The position numbers and the translations under genes are program-made. Below are positions 14,860 to 26,702 of a stretch of DNA of 64,000 nucleotides, piece by piece. The notes under the pieces are model-generated. The model had not been told where the DNA came from. It ran no database searches and saw nothing but the letters and a program-made list of their open reading frames with translations. The number at the start of each line of letters is the position of its first letter. The stretch's first letter is position 1. The stretch lies in sequence record MK250028.1; one strand, 5' to 3'.

Positions 14860-15255
14860 TTATTCACATGTATCACTGCTTCCTGTATTATCTTCACCTT
14901 CTAATTGTTCTGGTTTATTTGAAGTATTTTTCTTTGGTTGCTATACAATTTCTAATTTACTCTTACCAAATGAACTTGTAATAGATTTAATACCCATAAG
15001 ACCTGCTGATACTGTAAAATATGTAATTGTTCTATCTATAAATTCTAAAATATTTGCACATTCCCCGGGATTAATAAAATAATATCCAACGAGAATTACA
15101 AATAAAAATAAACATACACATGATGCTATAAATCCTACTACTTTTGTTGAACTTGTCTTTCCGTTATTATTTGAAAAGATTTCAACTGGAGAGAATTTAT
15201 GAGCATTAAACATTGGCACGCCATATACATTATTTGATGTTGTTTCCTTACTCAT
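14860..15255 (-). CDS. Holin-like two-TM membrane protein (131 aa)
   Basis: Two hydrophobic segments (VVGFIASCVCLFLFVILVGYYFI; TITYFTVSAGLMGI) and a charged C-tail after one TAG; TAA at 14860. The holin function is inference. Confidence 0.45.
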
Positions 15256-15327
15256 TATTTAATTGTTTTCATTTTAGTTATTTATCACTTATAAATATTA
15301 TATGTAAAATTTTTATGTTAATAATAA

Positions 15328-16368
15328 ATGAAAAAATTCAGCTTTGATAAATCTATATATAAATGTTTAAATGAATCTTTATTTGATGATACAGATGATA
15401 TATTATCCAATGGAAATACAAATAGTATATCAGACTTATATATTAATGACGATTATCTATTGGAAAAGTTTAATGAATTATATAGTAACCAAAAATTAGG
15501 TAAATATAATTTATTAGAATATCCTGTATTTAGTAAAATAGAAACATATAATATTAATGGAACTGATTATAAATTTATAGCCGAAGCATCTAAAAATGGC
15601 GGATATACAACAGGGTATCCAACAGGACTAAAATATTCTGGACTTTTCTGTTATTTTATAACAACATAGGAATTAATGGATTTTATTGATACTTATAATA
15701 TTATAATACAATATCCTGTGGATGATGGTAAATATGATATTTATAATTATATAACATATATATTAAATGATATAACAATACCACATAATTTTTTAAATAA
15801 TTTCCATTTATATGAACATGAAAACGTATAGCAAAAATCATATTCAATAGGATTAATATTAAATAATTGTAAAGTTATAGGACATGAATTAATTTCTTTA
15901 TTATAGTCGGGTAATCATAATTATTTAAATATCAAATATGTATTATTAAATAAATTACATATTAATTCATTAAATTTACCAAATATGACATATGGTTATC
16001 CATTAGAAATAACAAATTGTAATTAGTTAACAGATTTAAATATAAATTATAATATTAATAATTATACAGAAGGTTCATTATTAATAAAAAGTTGCAAAAA
16101 ATTATCAAATATAGAAATTAATGATAATTCAAAAATGGTACAGCTATTGAAATTAAAAATAGATAAATGTCCGAATATAAATACAGATACATTAATATTA
16201 CCAAATCATAATACTAAAATGTATAACGCATAGTTGTTTAATGATAAGACAAAATAGAGAAAAATAAAATTCAGAGGCGATATAGTAAAACAATTTTATA
16301 CAGAATTACATCCTGATTATAAATATAAATATTATCAATCCGGTTATAAAAATATGTACTGGTTATAA
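15328..16368 (+). CDS. LRR-like protein with LNESLFDD N-terminal motif (346 aa)
   Basis: Open through TAGs to TAA 16366; repeats LEITNCNQLTDLNI / LLIKSCKKLSNIEI / LKIDKCPNI. Confidence 0.7.
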
Positions 16369-16373
16369 AATAA

Positions 16374-16406
16374 AAGGTGAATAACAGATTTGTTGTTATT
16401 CACCTT
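16374..16406. terminator. Intrinsic terminator
   Basis: 13-bp stem AAGGTGAATAACA/TGTTATTCACCTT right after the 16368 stop, between convergent genes. Confidence 0.65.
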
Positions 16407-16803
16407 CATTTATTAAAATAAGTTATTAATTCTGTTAACTATATTTTTCCGTATTTTATAAAATATTTTATACATAGTCCAAACTTTTGGACGGAACAAA
16501 TACAGGTAAAACTTATAAAGCTTCTTAATTTCTTTATAAGAGTATATATGAATTCCATCTGAATTCGTACTTAAAATATTAATAAACGTAAACATAGTAT
16601 TTAGAAAACTTATTTTAATTATTATATAATATTTATTGTAAAATGTCTAAAATAAAAAGAGAGACGATACATCACGTACAGTCTCTCTTAAATCTAAATA
16701 ATTTAGAAAAATGAAAACTAATTGAAAAACGAGCAAACGTTTTTTCTTAGTTTTTTTCTATATCTATATATTTATCTAATTTTCAAAAATATTTTTTTAC
16801 AAA

Positions 16804-19011
16804 TTAATTTCCACCGAATAACTTATCTAATTCTTCTTGTGACATTGCATCTACTGCATCATCACCATTTGTAGATGGTTCATCGTCTTTCTTATCATCT
16901 GATTTATCTTCATCAGAATCTGAATCACTATCATCTGAAGACTCATTATCATCTGTTGAATCGGAATCGTCATCAACAATTTGTCCACCAATCATATCTT
17001 CAAATTCTTCTTTAGTAATACCATATTCGTTATTCAAAACATCTGCAAGATCATTTACATAATCTGTATTTGTTAAAACAACTTTAACTGGTTTATCATC
17101 ACCATCTACATTATCATCTGTTGAATCATCTGCATTTGCATCATCAGAATCTGAATCACTGTCGTCTGAATCATCTGCATTTGCATCATCAGAAGAATCA
17201 TCATTATCATCTTCAAGTAATTTCTTGAACTTATTATAATGTAAAGACTCATTTGATGCATTATCATCTGTATCAGTTGAATCATCTGAATTTTCATCAT
17301 CAGAAGATATATCATCTGCATTGTCATCTGTTGACTCACTATCATCTTCAGAATCATCAGTTTCATCATCTTCATCTTCAAACTCAATAGCATCATCTGG
17401 AACACCAGCATCTACAAGAGATTGCTTAAGCTCATCTGCTGCTGCTTGATTTGCAACTGTAATTACAACACGTGATAACTCAACTTCTTCATCTGTATCT
17501 GGATTTTCATCTGTAGATGAATCATCAGCTTTATCCGTTGAACTATCATCTGCATTATCAGCATCATCACTTGCATCATCTGAACCTGTTGGATCTACTG
17601 GTAATGGTTCCAATGGATTATCTTGTGTTTCTTCATCCTCATTCAACTTAAGACCTTTAGCTTTAATTAATTTCTTATATGTTAAACGGTATGTAAGTTC
17701 TTCATCAAGAATATTCATTAACTTTTCTTTATTAAGAATTGAATCACGAAGTTCTCTCTTTGTTGATTTAGAAGCAGACTCATTCAAAGACTTATAAGAT
17801 TTCATAAGTTTTGTATGCTGTGCTTTAACGGTATTTAACAATTCAAGAAGTTCTTTTGCTGTATATTCTGTAATATTCTTACCATTAATAGTTTTCTTCT
17901 CATAAAGATTCTTCTTACCAGACTTCATTGCTTTACGAATGAACTCAAACTTCTCTGAACCAATTGATTCCTTTAATGCAAGAAGTTCTCTTCTTTTCTG
18001 TTGAAGTTTTGCGTTTTTATTAACAGGTTCACTCTTAGCTTTATTAATTGCACGATTAATAATAGATTCATTAAGTGTTGTTTTCTTTGCAGATTTTACA
18101 ATATCCTTTGTGGTAAGTCCATTCTTTCTCATCTTCAATGCTTCAGAAAGATTTACAAGACGTTTACCATTTCTTCTCTTTCCTGGACAACATCCTTTCT
18201 TTTTCTCAAGAAGCTTCTTTCTTTTTAAACGACGATCATTCTTTGATTCATAGCACTCAAACTCTTCATCTTCCATGCATTCATCAAATTCATCATCTGA
18301 ATCATTCAAAGAATCTTCATCTGCAAATTCTTCATCTGCATCTTCATATGTCTCATCATAAAGATCATCATCATCATCAAGTTCACCTTCTGCATCCATA
18401 TCTGCATATGCATCATCTCTTGCATCCAATGCATCTGGATCATTAGGATCTACCTCATCATAATCTGGAATCATATCATCATAATCATCTTCGTCATCAA
18501 GATAGTCATCATCAATAGACTCATCCATATCTACATAATCATCACCATATTCATCCTTCATATCATCAATAGCTGTATCTCTTGCATCATCATCTTCTGG
18601 AATATCAAGCCATTCACCTTCATCATCAAGGCCATAGTCTTCATCCATATCTTGATAATCATCGCCATACTCATCTTCCATATCTGCTTCAGCTGCAGCA
18701 CGTGCATCATCATCAGACTCTACATCGTCAAGTTCATCATCTGCGTCGTCATATGTAAAATAAGTATCAACATCATCAATATTATATTCGTCTTCAAAAA
18801 TATCAATAATATCATCTTGTGTAAGTCCGTCAATTACCATATATACGGTATCTCCATCCTCTTCCTTTGATACTGTAGCGTCTGCATTCGTATCTTCAAT
18901 ATGTGTAGCCAAATCATCCATATTACCTTGAAGTTCAGGATAATCATGAACAAGCTATACAACATCAATCTTTACAGGAAATGCATAACTTTCATTAAGT
19001 TTTCTTTTCAT
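16804..19011 (-). CDS. Very acidic protein with basic helical core (735 aa), possible prohead core/scaffold
   Basis: Starts MKRKLNESYAF (one TAG at codon 19). D/E-rich ends, K/R-rich middle, and repeated LNES/INES/LNED/LLED motifs. Confidence 0.55.
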
Positions 19012-19071
19012 ATTATATAAATAGAATTATTTTCTTTTTTATTATTTATCTTATTGAAAAATTACTATAAA

Positions 19072-19695
19072 TTAACTTAAATTAATTAATTTATTATAAT
19101 ATTCTTTCAATAATTGTTCACTTATTATATTATTACTCAACATATTGATATATGAAGTTTTAAATTCTTCATAATCTTTATGTTTTATATCATTTCTTAT
19201 CACAGTTGATGAAACACATTCATTATTATATTCATCATCTCTATTTATATAATGAATTGGTTCTATATTTGCATTTATATATATAGTTTTAATACCTATA
19301 TCTTTATTATAATATTTGCCATTAATTGAATAAAGATTACAAAATTCTTCTTTACGTTTTATATCTGTTCCTTTATCTGATGTAACTAAACAGAATTTAT
19401 CATTGTTCAAAGAATTTCCAACATCATTATAACATTTTCTAATAGGTGCAGGATATTCAGATATATTCACTTTTATTTCTGTATTATATAAATCTGATAA
19501 TTTATCTTTTATACTATTTAAAAACCAAAGACTAGAATCTGCTGTTATTGAATCTCTATCTTTATATGAAATATAAATACGTGCTTCATCAATATGAACA
19601 TTATCTGTATTAAAGATATGTGACCTTAATATAGATAAATGTCCATCATGAAATGGTTTAAAACCACCCGGAAATAATAATATATTTTTACTCAT
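19072..19695 (-). CDS. Cytidylyltransferase-like (HxGH) nucleotidyltransferase
   Basis: ILLFPGGFKPFHDGHL motif near the N-terminus; late VSSTVIR motif. Confidence 0.8.
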   Translation of the reverse strand: MSKNILLFPGGFKPFHDGHLSILRSHIFNTDNVHIDEARIYISYKDRDSITADSSLWFLNSIKDKLSDLYNTEIKVNISEYPAPIRKCYNDVGNSLNNDKFCLVTSDKGTDIKRKEEFCNLYSINGKYYNKDIGIKTIYINANIEPIHYINRDDEYNNECVSSTVIRNDIKHKDYEEFKTSYINMLSNNIISEQLLKEYYNKLINLS

Positions 19696-19707
19696 TCATT
19701 TAATTTT

Positions 19708-22272
19708 TTAAATACCACGTTTACCAAATTTAGAAGTATCAATACCAATTAAATTCTTTAATGATATACCTCCTAATTTCTGCATTTCTGCAAAAGTCTT
19801 TAATATAAACTTGACATTTTGATTAAATACAACAAAAACAACATCTTTTCTTATTTTTGATGGAATTAATTTAAGTTGTTCCCAACCTGTATCTTCACCA
19901 TCTGTAAATACAATTATTGTTGTATGTTTCTCTCCATTATCGTAATAATATGGTTTCTTAAGTTTTGTAACACTTATAGTATTACCAGGAATATCTGTAC
20001 CACCAGAACCACCACGATCTCCAAGAAGTTCAAGACGTTTCTTTATAGGTGTCTTAATATTCCACATTGCTACATTTTCAGGAAGAATACGGCCTGTTGT
20101 AAAATATGCTCTGGCAGAATTCAATACCTTACATGTTTTCTCCATTGTACAAATTTCCTTGAATATCTGATAGAATATTCCATTTCCATTACCATACATA
20201 GAACCTGAATTATCTATAAGATAAAATATATTAGCCGCATTGTTTTCTTCAAATGGAACTTTCTTATATGGATTGAATCTATCATCACGCCATGATTGTG
20301 ACATTGTTCTTTTCGAACGTTTCATTTGTGTTCCCGCTTCCATTGCAGCTGTGAAATGTTTTCTTAACTTTTGTTTCCAGTTAGCCAATGATTGCATATT
20401 CTTTAATTTATCTGCAATATCATTAAGTTTATTTGCTAAATCAGGAGAAATATTTCTTAACTGATCCATGTGTTCTTCATTATACTTTCTTGATAATTCT
20501 TTAGGATCACATGTTAATTCTTCAGCTGTATAAGGATCACCAGATTCTTTTGCAATTTCTGCCATTTGTTCTTGTGACAACATATCGGCGCCACCAAATG
20601 TAGAAGATGTAGTAGTATCAAATTCTTTACCTTCCAATTGTTTCTGAACTTCTTCCTCATTAGGTCCCGCTTGCATATCTCTATCGATTTTATTTTTCAT
20701 ATCATCAATAGCGTTCTTGACATCCTTACGCGCTTGTTCACGTGCAGCTTTTTCTTCTGCAGACATTTGTCCAGAATTTCTACCGGATTTTGAATTGCCA
20801 GTTGAACCTTGATCAGACATATCACCATTCATTGATGAACCATCATTATCAGACGAACTATTACCAGATTGAGAATTACCTCGTTCATTTCCTTGTTCTC
20901 CTGATTGATTTCCATTACCAGTTTGTGAATCATTTCCTGAATTATCTCCTTCTTGATCATCACCTGAACCATTACCATTCTGATTATCATCTGAATCTTC
21001 ATCACCACTACCAGAACCTTTACCCATTGCTTTATCTAATTCTTTCTTTACTTCATCATTATAAGCATCTTGATATTCACTAGATTTATTTGTATTATCA
21101 GGCATTTGATCCATACCATAATCAGACATTGTATCTGGATCAGCTGCACTTAAATCTGTATCATCATAATTTGATGAACCTCCTTGTTGACTACCGTCGC
21201 CAGATTGCTGTTGTCCAGATTGACCTGACTGATTTCCAGAATCACTTTGACTTCCAGACTGACTAGATTGTTCACTCTGACCTTGTTGTCCTGATTGTGA
21301 TTGACTTCCAGATTGTCCTTGTTGACCATCTTGCTGTCCGGATTGTCCACCTTGTCCTTGTTGCTGTTGTGAACTACCACTACCTTGACCTTGTTGTCCT
21401 TGCTGTTGTTGATTATTAACAGGATTTTGATTAATAGGTTGATTTGGTGTAGAAACCTTATTATAGAAATAAGCATCAAAAATTAATTGCCATGGTTCCA
21501 TTCGGAATCTATCATCAAATATACCCTCACATTCTGCAGTTGCACCTGCAAAATATTTAGGAATTTGTTTTTCAAGATCTCTATTAATCTCTGCATCCAT
21601 GGCAATATTTGCCAATTGATGATTCTTTCCTCCTTGTGTTTCTGTTTTTCTTTCAGCTTGTTCTCTATGTCTATATATTTGATGATATGCCTCATGACAA
21701 ATAACATATAATACTAAACGTGCCATAGTAATAATTCTATCATTAGACGACATGCGTTTACCTTGTGCAAGCATTTCCTTTACTTGTCCTTTTCCTTTAT
21801 ATAAAAGTTGTTCAGCAAATATAGGATTAAACGCAATACGTACACCATCACTTGCCGCAGTATCAATATTAAATGTCCATAAAATAGGTTTATTAAATCG
21901 TCCAAGAATTGGTCCTAATTCCCTTGTACTTGCAGCTTGCGTCTTTGCCATTTCGCAAAATTGAGCAATCTCTGCAGGAACTATTTCCTCTTCTGTTTGA
22001 ACACCGGTTATTGCATCAGTTATCTTCACTTTTACAGGAACACGCATTTTAGCAACAGGTATTGCCATACCCATATCTGCCATTGTTTTCCCTTTATATA
22101 ACTTTCGTATATCAATACTCTTCTTTTTCATGAGTCTTCCCCATAATCCTTGAAGTTCTCGTTGTTTTTCTTCAGCAGTCTTCAACTTAATACCCATTGT
22201 TTGTTTAACAGTATTATTTGAATATGCTTCATATACTCGAGTTTTATTAGTTTTTAACTTTACTTTTACCAT
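19708..22272 (-). CDS. Putative metallopeptidase (DUF2201-like) + Q/G/S-rich linker + vWA domain protein (854 aa)
   Basis: TAASDG..IAFNP, HEAYH (HExxH), NIAMDAEIN; C-terminal MIDAS IDNSGS..GGT..FTDG. Confidence 0.85.
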   Translation of the reverse strand: MVKVKLKTNKTRVYEAYSNNTVKQTMGIKLKTAEEKQRELQGLWGRLMKKKSIDIRKLYKGKTMADMGMAIPVAKMRVPVKVKITDAITGVQTEEEIVPAEIAQFCEMAKTQAASTRELGPILGRFNKPILWTFNIDTAASDGVRIAFNPIFAEQLLYKGKGQVKEMLAQGKRMSSNDRIITMARLVLYVICHEAYHQIYRHREQAERKTETQGGKNHQLANIAMDAEINRDLEKQIPKYFAGATAECEGIFDDRFRMEPWQLIFDAYFYNKVSTPNQPINQNPVNNQQQQGQQGQGSGSSQQQQGQGGQSGQQDGQQGQSGSQSQSGQQGQSEQSSQSGSQSDSGNQSGQSGQQQSGDGSQQGGSSNYDDTDLSAADPDTMSDYGMDQMPDNTNKSSEYQDAYNDEVKKELDKAMGKGSGSGDEDSDDNQNGNGSGDDQEGDNSGNDSQTGNGNQSGEQGNERGNSQSGNSSSDNDGSSMNGDMSDQGSTGNSKSGRNSGQMSAEEKAAREQARKDVKNAIDDMKNKIDRDMQAGPNEEEVQKQLEGKEFDTTTSSTFGGADMLSQEQMAEIAKESGDPYTAEELTCDPKELSRKYNEEHMDQLRNISPDLANKLNDIADKLKNMQSLANWKQKLRKHFTAAMEAGTQMKRSKRTMSQSWRDDRFNPYKKVPFEENNAANIFYLIDNSGSMYGNGNGIFYQIFKEICTMEKTCKVLNSARAYFTTGRILPENVAMWNIKTPIKKRLELLGDRGGSGGTDIPGNTISVTKLKKPYYYDNGEKHTTIIVFTDGEDTGWEQLKLIPSKIRKDVVFVVFNQNVKFILKTFAEMQKLGGISLKNLIGIDTSKFGKRGI

Positions 22273-22382
22273 ATTAAAATACGTTAAAAATTCTTTTTAT
22301 TATTTATTGTAAAAAGAAAAGAGTGAATATAATTCTAATAAATTATACTCACTCTCTTTATATATTGTTTATTTATCTAACA

Positions 22383-25175
22383 TTATTTCTTTGCTCGTGA
22401 TTTAGCGTTTGAACGAGTCTTATTAAATTCATAAGATTCAGATCTTGCCAAAATATTCATCGCAGGTAAAATTGGAACTTTAGATTCTTCTACTTGATTT
22501 TCATGTGCAATAGATTTAAGATCAGAAGATTTCTATTGTCTAGCATTCTCTAACGCAATTTTTGTCTTTCTAATAGCTACTGTATTAATGAATTCCTTAC
22601 GAAGATCTGTATCAATATTATTAATACTATCAAACAATGTTGTATTCATATTATGAGCGATACTACCAATTTCCGTTTGAATACTAATCTTAGCAATCCA
22701 TGATGCAAAATGTGCATAAAGTTGAGCAACACGAGAATTAACCAATGAATTAACCTTATTACGTAATGTATCCATATCTGCTAATTCATTCTCATCAAAT
22801 AACAAATTAATAGATTTACCATTAATATTAAATGAATATTCCTTGATAAGATTCTGTGCTTCAGCAGCAACATCAGAATCTGACATTGGTTTTGCTTTCT
22901 TTAATGCTTTCAAATCTGCTGCAACATCATCTTCAAGATTACCTGGATAAGATGCGAATACTTGCATTGGTAATTCCTTTGCAATACTAGAAATACACTT
23001 CCACTTAGAATATTCCGAAGTTGCATATTGATCAACAGATAATGGTTTTCTATCATCATCATCTTGATATTCCTTAGGCATACTACCAGTTTCCCAAATA
23101 GTATTCATAACATCTGGTGTAAATACCTTAGCATATTCATTATATGTTTTCCATGCACTCATAACAGGACCGGTTGCTGTAGCACCATTTGTACCTGTAT
23201 CATCACCAACCATATCTCTCATGTTATCAGTGAAATAATTCATGAAGATATTATAACGTCCACGAATACCTGTTGCAGTTCCAGCAGGATCTAAGTCATC
23301 AATACCACCATGTTCTTCTACCCAATAATCCCAATAATCATCATCAAGACCATTCAATGCATCTTGAAGAACATTAGGAAGAATACCACCATAATATTCC
23401 TTGTATGTATTACCTTCATCATCAGTCTTTTCTTCTACAGATTGATCAATTAATTTCTGATAATATTCTTTACCTGAAATACCATCAGGATTTTCATCAA
23501 ATAATTCAATTAATTCATTCTTATAGAATGGACCTACTGTATTAGCCCATGTACGAGGAGTAACCATTCTCTTAGTACGAAGAATAACTTCCTAATTAAG
23601 AACATCCTGAATAGATGATAAAGAATCTTTATCATTTTCATGTGCTCTCTTATCTGCCTCTGGATTCTCAAGCATATCATCATAACCACCGTTTGCAATA
23701 GTAGAATACCATACATAATCAGGAGATGCTTCAATGAAGTCTACAATAAATGGAGGTACATTTGCCTCATGTGTCAATGGATCAACTGAACGTGCCCAAG
23801 TAATCCATTCGTCCTTAGAAGGAACATATGTATAATGGATAAAACGGTTTGTCTGCGCAGCAGTTGGGAAATATCTCTTATCTTCTGAATCTGCTTCACC
23901 TTCATCAATAGATCTATTAGAAGCAAGAACAAATCCCCATTTAGATGCAACAACATAATTATCACCAAACTTATGATCATTTACGATACCCATGATAATA
24001 TTCTGAACATTAGGTTCAACACGTGAATATTCATCCATAAATACAACACCACCTTCAAATGGATGTCCGTTAGATGCAGTGATTTCACCATCATCATCAG
24101 TTGCAAGGAACTTACATGTATTACAGAAATAATCGCGACGTTTCTTTTCCTCTGGATCAGAAGTATTAAGATATACTGGAAGCCAGTTCTTAGGAGTATC
24201 AGTAAATCCTTCTCTCTTATATTTCTTAGGAACACTTGTTCTATCTCTCTTCTAACCAAGTTCTACACCATAATCAATTTCACGTGTAGAGTCACGAGGT
24301 AATGTCCAGTTTTCAATAGTATAGCCAGCAAGCATAATAACTTCAAGATTCAAGTTAATTGCCTTATATTTAGCATTAGCCATATCTTTGATAGTTTGCT
24401 TAATAATTGCAGTTTTACCAATACCTGGAGCACCCCAAATAAGGAATGGTACAACATCTGAGTGTCCGCCAAGAGGCCCAGAAATTTGATTCTTAATATT
24501 AGTCTTAAGCTTGGCGATTAATTGTTTTGAATTAACAGCGACGCCGAAATGACTAAACCCTTTACTGTCCTTTACTGCATCATATGAATAAACTGCTTCA
24601 TTCAAAGCCTTATGTAATTTAGATTCTTTATAATATGTTTCATTTACATACTTAATAGATTCTGTGATAGTCTCATCTGTTGTACCAGCACGCTTAATAA
24701 CACGACTCCAATAATTAACAATATTTTTCTTATCATTAGCAATACCTTCTGCGAATGCTTGATCAATAGATAACCCACCAACTCCAGCGGTAGATTTAAG
24801 AGAAGCAGATGGCGCGAAATAAACACCTTTAGGTAATTGATGTTTCTATGCCATGATAGCAAGATTACCGACATTATTAAGAGACCAATTAATAACAGCA
24901 TCTGTTGTCTCATCAATAAGTGCAATAAATCCCTTTACTTTATCTGTAATATATGAAGCTACTTTCTTTCCGTATTCCTTAATCTTATCTAAGAAACCTT
25001 CATTAATTAAAATCTTATTTAATGGAATATTGTTCTCTGTGTAATTATCATCAAAACGCATTGAACAAGTATCGTTAGACTCGTTAATCGATAAAAGAAT
25101 ACCGTTAATCTTATACTATGTACCATTTACACAATGTACAAGAGTAGCAGGTATATTTAACTTAGTTTTTACCAT
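22383..25175 (-). CDS. MoxR/CbbQ-type AAA+ ATPase (930 aa)
   Basis: Four track ORFs joined through 5 TAG. Walker A WGAPGIGKT, Walker B VFMDEYSR, sensor-like LASNR, NRF and TPRTW. Confidence 0.85.
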
Positions 25176-25261
25176 ATTTTGAAAATCAAAAAATTATTTT
25201 TTATATTTATTATAAAAAATGGATAGTATTTTGTAATATCCATTTAATATTATTAATATAA

Positions 25262-25807
25262 TTATTTCTTATTCTTAAAAATATCTATATCATTATCAAT
25301 TCCTGTTTCCATAACAGCTTTTGATTTACTTGATGAAACTACAGTATATTCAATATCCGATGTATTACTGATAAACCATCTACCAGGATAACGTGCACAC
25401 AAATCTTTATGTTCTCTTACAATATCAAGCATTCGTTCCTGACTCTTCTGAAACTCACTTCTCAATACTTCAACACTTTCCATAATATTCTTATAGAGAG
25501 ATGAATCAAATTGAGGATTTGCCTCGGTAATCCACTTCATAAGTGAGCCATCATTTGCATCATAACGTTCACTCATAATATGTGTATAAATACTATCAAA
25601 ACTCTCTGCATACTTATCACTAATTTGTGCTTGTTGAGAAATAGTTTTCCACATACGATCATGCATGCCTTCAATCTTACCTCTCTGTGCTTCAGCTTCA
25701 TTTCTCAATGAAATCTCCTGATTATTATAAGAGAAATACATTGATACTCCAGAAATTACAAAAATTCCAATAATAATTGAAACAATAATAATTGCAATCT
25801 TTTTCAT
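25262..25807 (-). CDS. LemA-like membrane-anchored protein
   Basis: N-terminal TM helix, then YN..ISLRN..EAQ; C-terminal YPGRWF. Confidence 0.55.
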   Translation of the reverse strand: MKKIAIIIVSIIIGIFVISGVSMYFSYNNQEISLRNEAEAQRGKIEGMHDRMWKTISQQAQISDKYAESFDSIYTHIMSERYDANDGSLMKWITEANPQFDSSLYKNIMESVEVLRSEFQKSQERMLDIVREHKDLCARYPGRWFISNTSDIEYTVVSSSKSKAVMETGIDNDIDIFKNKK

Positions 25808-25980
25808 TTTTCTAAATTATTTGTTAAATTTATTATTAATTACCATAAACTAATGTATGAATATCTTCATATGTAAAACCATTTGTTGATATATTATTTA
25901 ATGATGGTTTTACTTTTCTAAAATCTATTTTATCCATACATATAGTAGAATAATTTATAGTATTATAACTTCTATTCATT

Positions 25981-26250
25981 TTACATTACTTTTTTATAAA
26001 ATACATTTCCTTCTTCTTCAAATCCTTCAATAGAAGCAATATCATAATCTGTATATTCTTTTCCATCAGAAAAATCTGTTAACTTTCCATTTTCTGATTT
26101 AATAAACCCAGATACTGTCTCATCACCACATGGATGAATTTCAAATACACCATTAATTTCTTTAATATCTGAAATACTTCTAACAATATTATCTGTATTC
26201 ATCTTATTGTTGATTAACGTTTTTTTATTATTAATATTATAAAATTCCAT
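25981..26250 (-). CDS. Hypothetical protein
   Basis: Intact ORF, ATG to TAA, in an operon with 26261..26623. Confidence 0.6.
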   Translation of the reverse strand: MEFYNINNKKTLINNKMNTDNIVRSISDIKEINGVFEIHPCGDETVSGFIKSENGKLTDFSDGKEYTDYDIASIEGFEEEGNVFYKKVM

Positions 26251-26260
26251 AATTTTATTA

Positions 26261-26623
26261 TTAAAGTTTCTCTACTACAAGTGATAAATCATCAATTACA
26301 ATTCCTTGTACATCAAACTCAATCTTATTATCTTGAATTTTCTTAACTGTTAAAACTTCATAATTATAATATATTTTATCACCTACTTTAAGAGATGAAA
26401 CAGATACCATTGTTGATTCACCATAATTATGAGTATCCTTTCTAAATTCAGACATACCTTCTACTGGAATAGGACAAATAGCATCAAAATGATCAATAAT
26501 ATAATCTTTACTAGTATTACCAGAAACAATAGTAACACCTCCAAAGCCTTTCTGTAAGCCTAGATACATTTTTACAGTAGACATTTTATTAACATATTCT
26601 GAAGTTTTAATCCATTTATTCAT
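26261..26623 (-). CDS. Hypothetical protein
   Basis: Intact ORF without TAG, directly downstream of a TATCTTTG promoter. Confidence 0.7.
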   Translation of the reverse strand: MNKWIKTSEYVNKMSTVKMYLGLQKGFGGVTIVSGNTSKDYIIDHFDAICPIPVEGMSEFRKDTHNYGESTMVSVSSLKVGDKIYYNYEVLTVKKIQDNKIEFDVQGIVIDDLSLVVEKL

Positions 26624-26670
26624 AATTGTATATCTTTTTAATTGTTCAACTTATTTGTTTATTAACAATA

Positions 26671-26678
26671 CAAAGATA
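26671..26678 (-). promoter_or_regulatory. Bacteroidota sigma-A -7 element (TAnnTTTG)
   Basis: Minus strand reads TTGTG-TATCTTTG-TATTGTTAATAAAC, the same context as the other five copies. Confidence 0.7.
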
Positions 26679-26702
26679 CACAATTATTTCCAAAATAAAA
26701 AA

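Noticed and set aside
16804-21500. CRISPR array or DNA repeat array in the GAT/TCA- and CAA-rich tracts
   Set aside because: The repeats are in-frame codon repeats of Asp/Glu- and Gln/Gly/Ser-rich proteins; there is no constant repeat with unique spacers and no cas gene.
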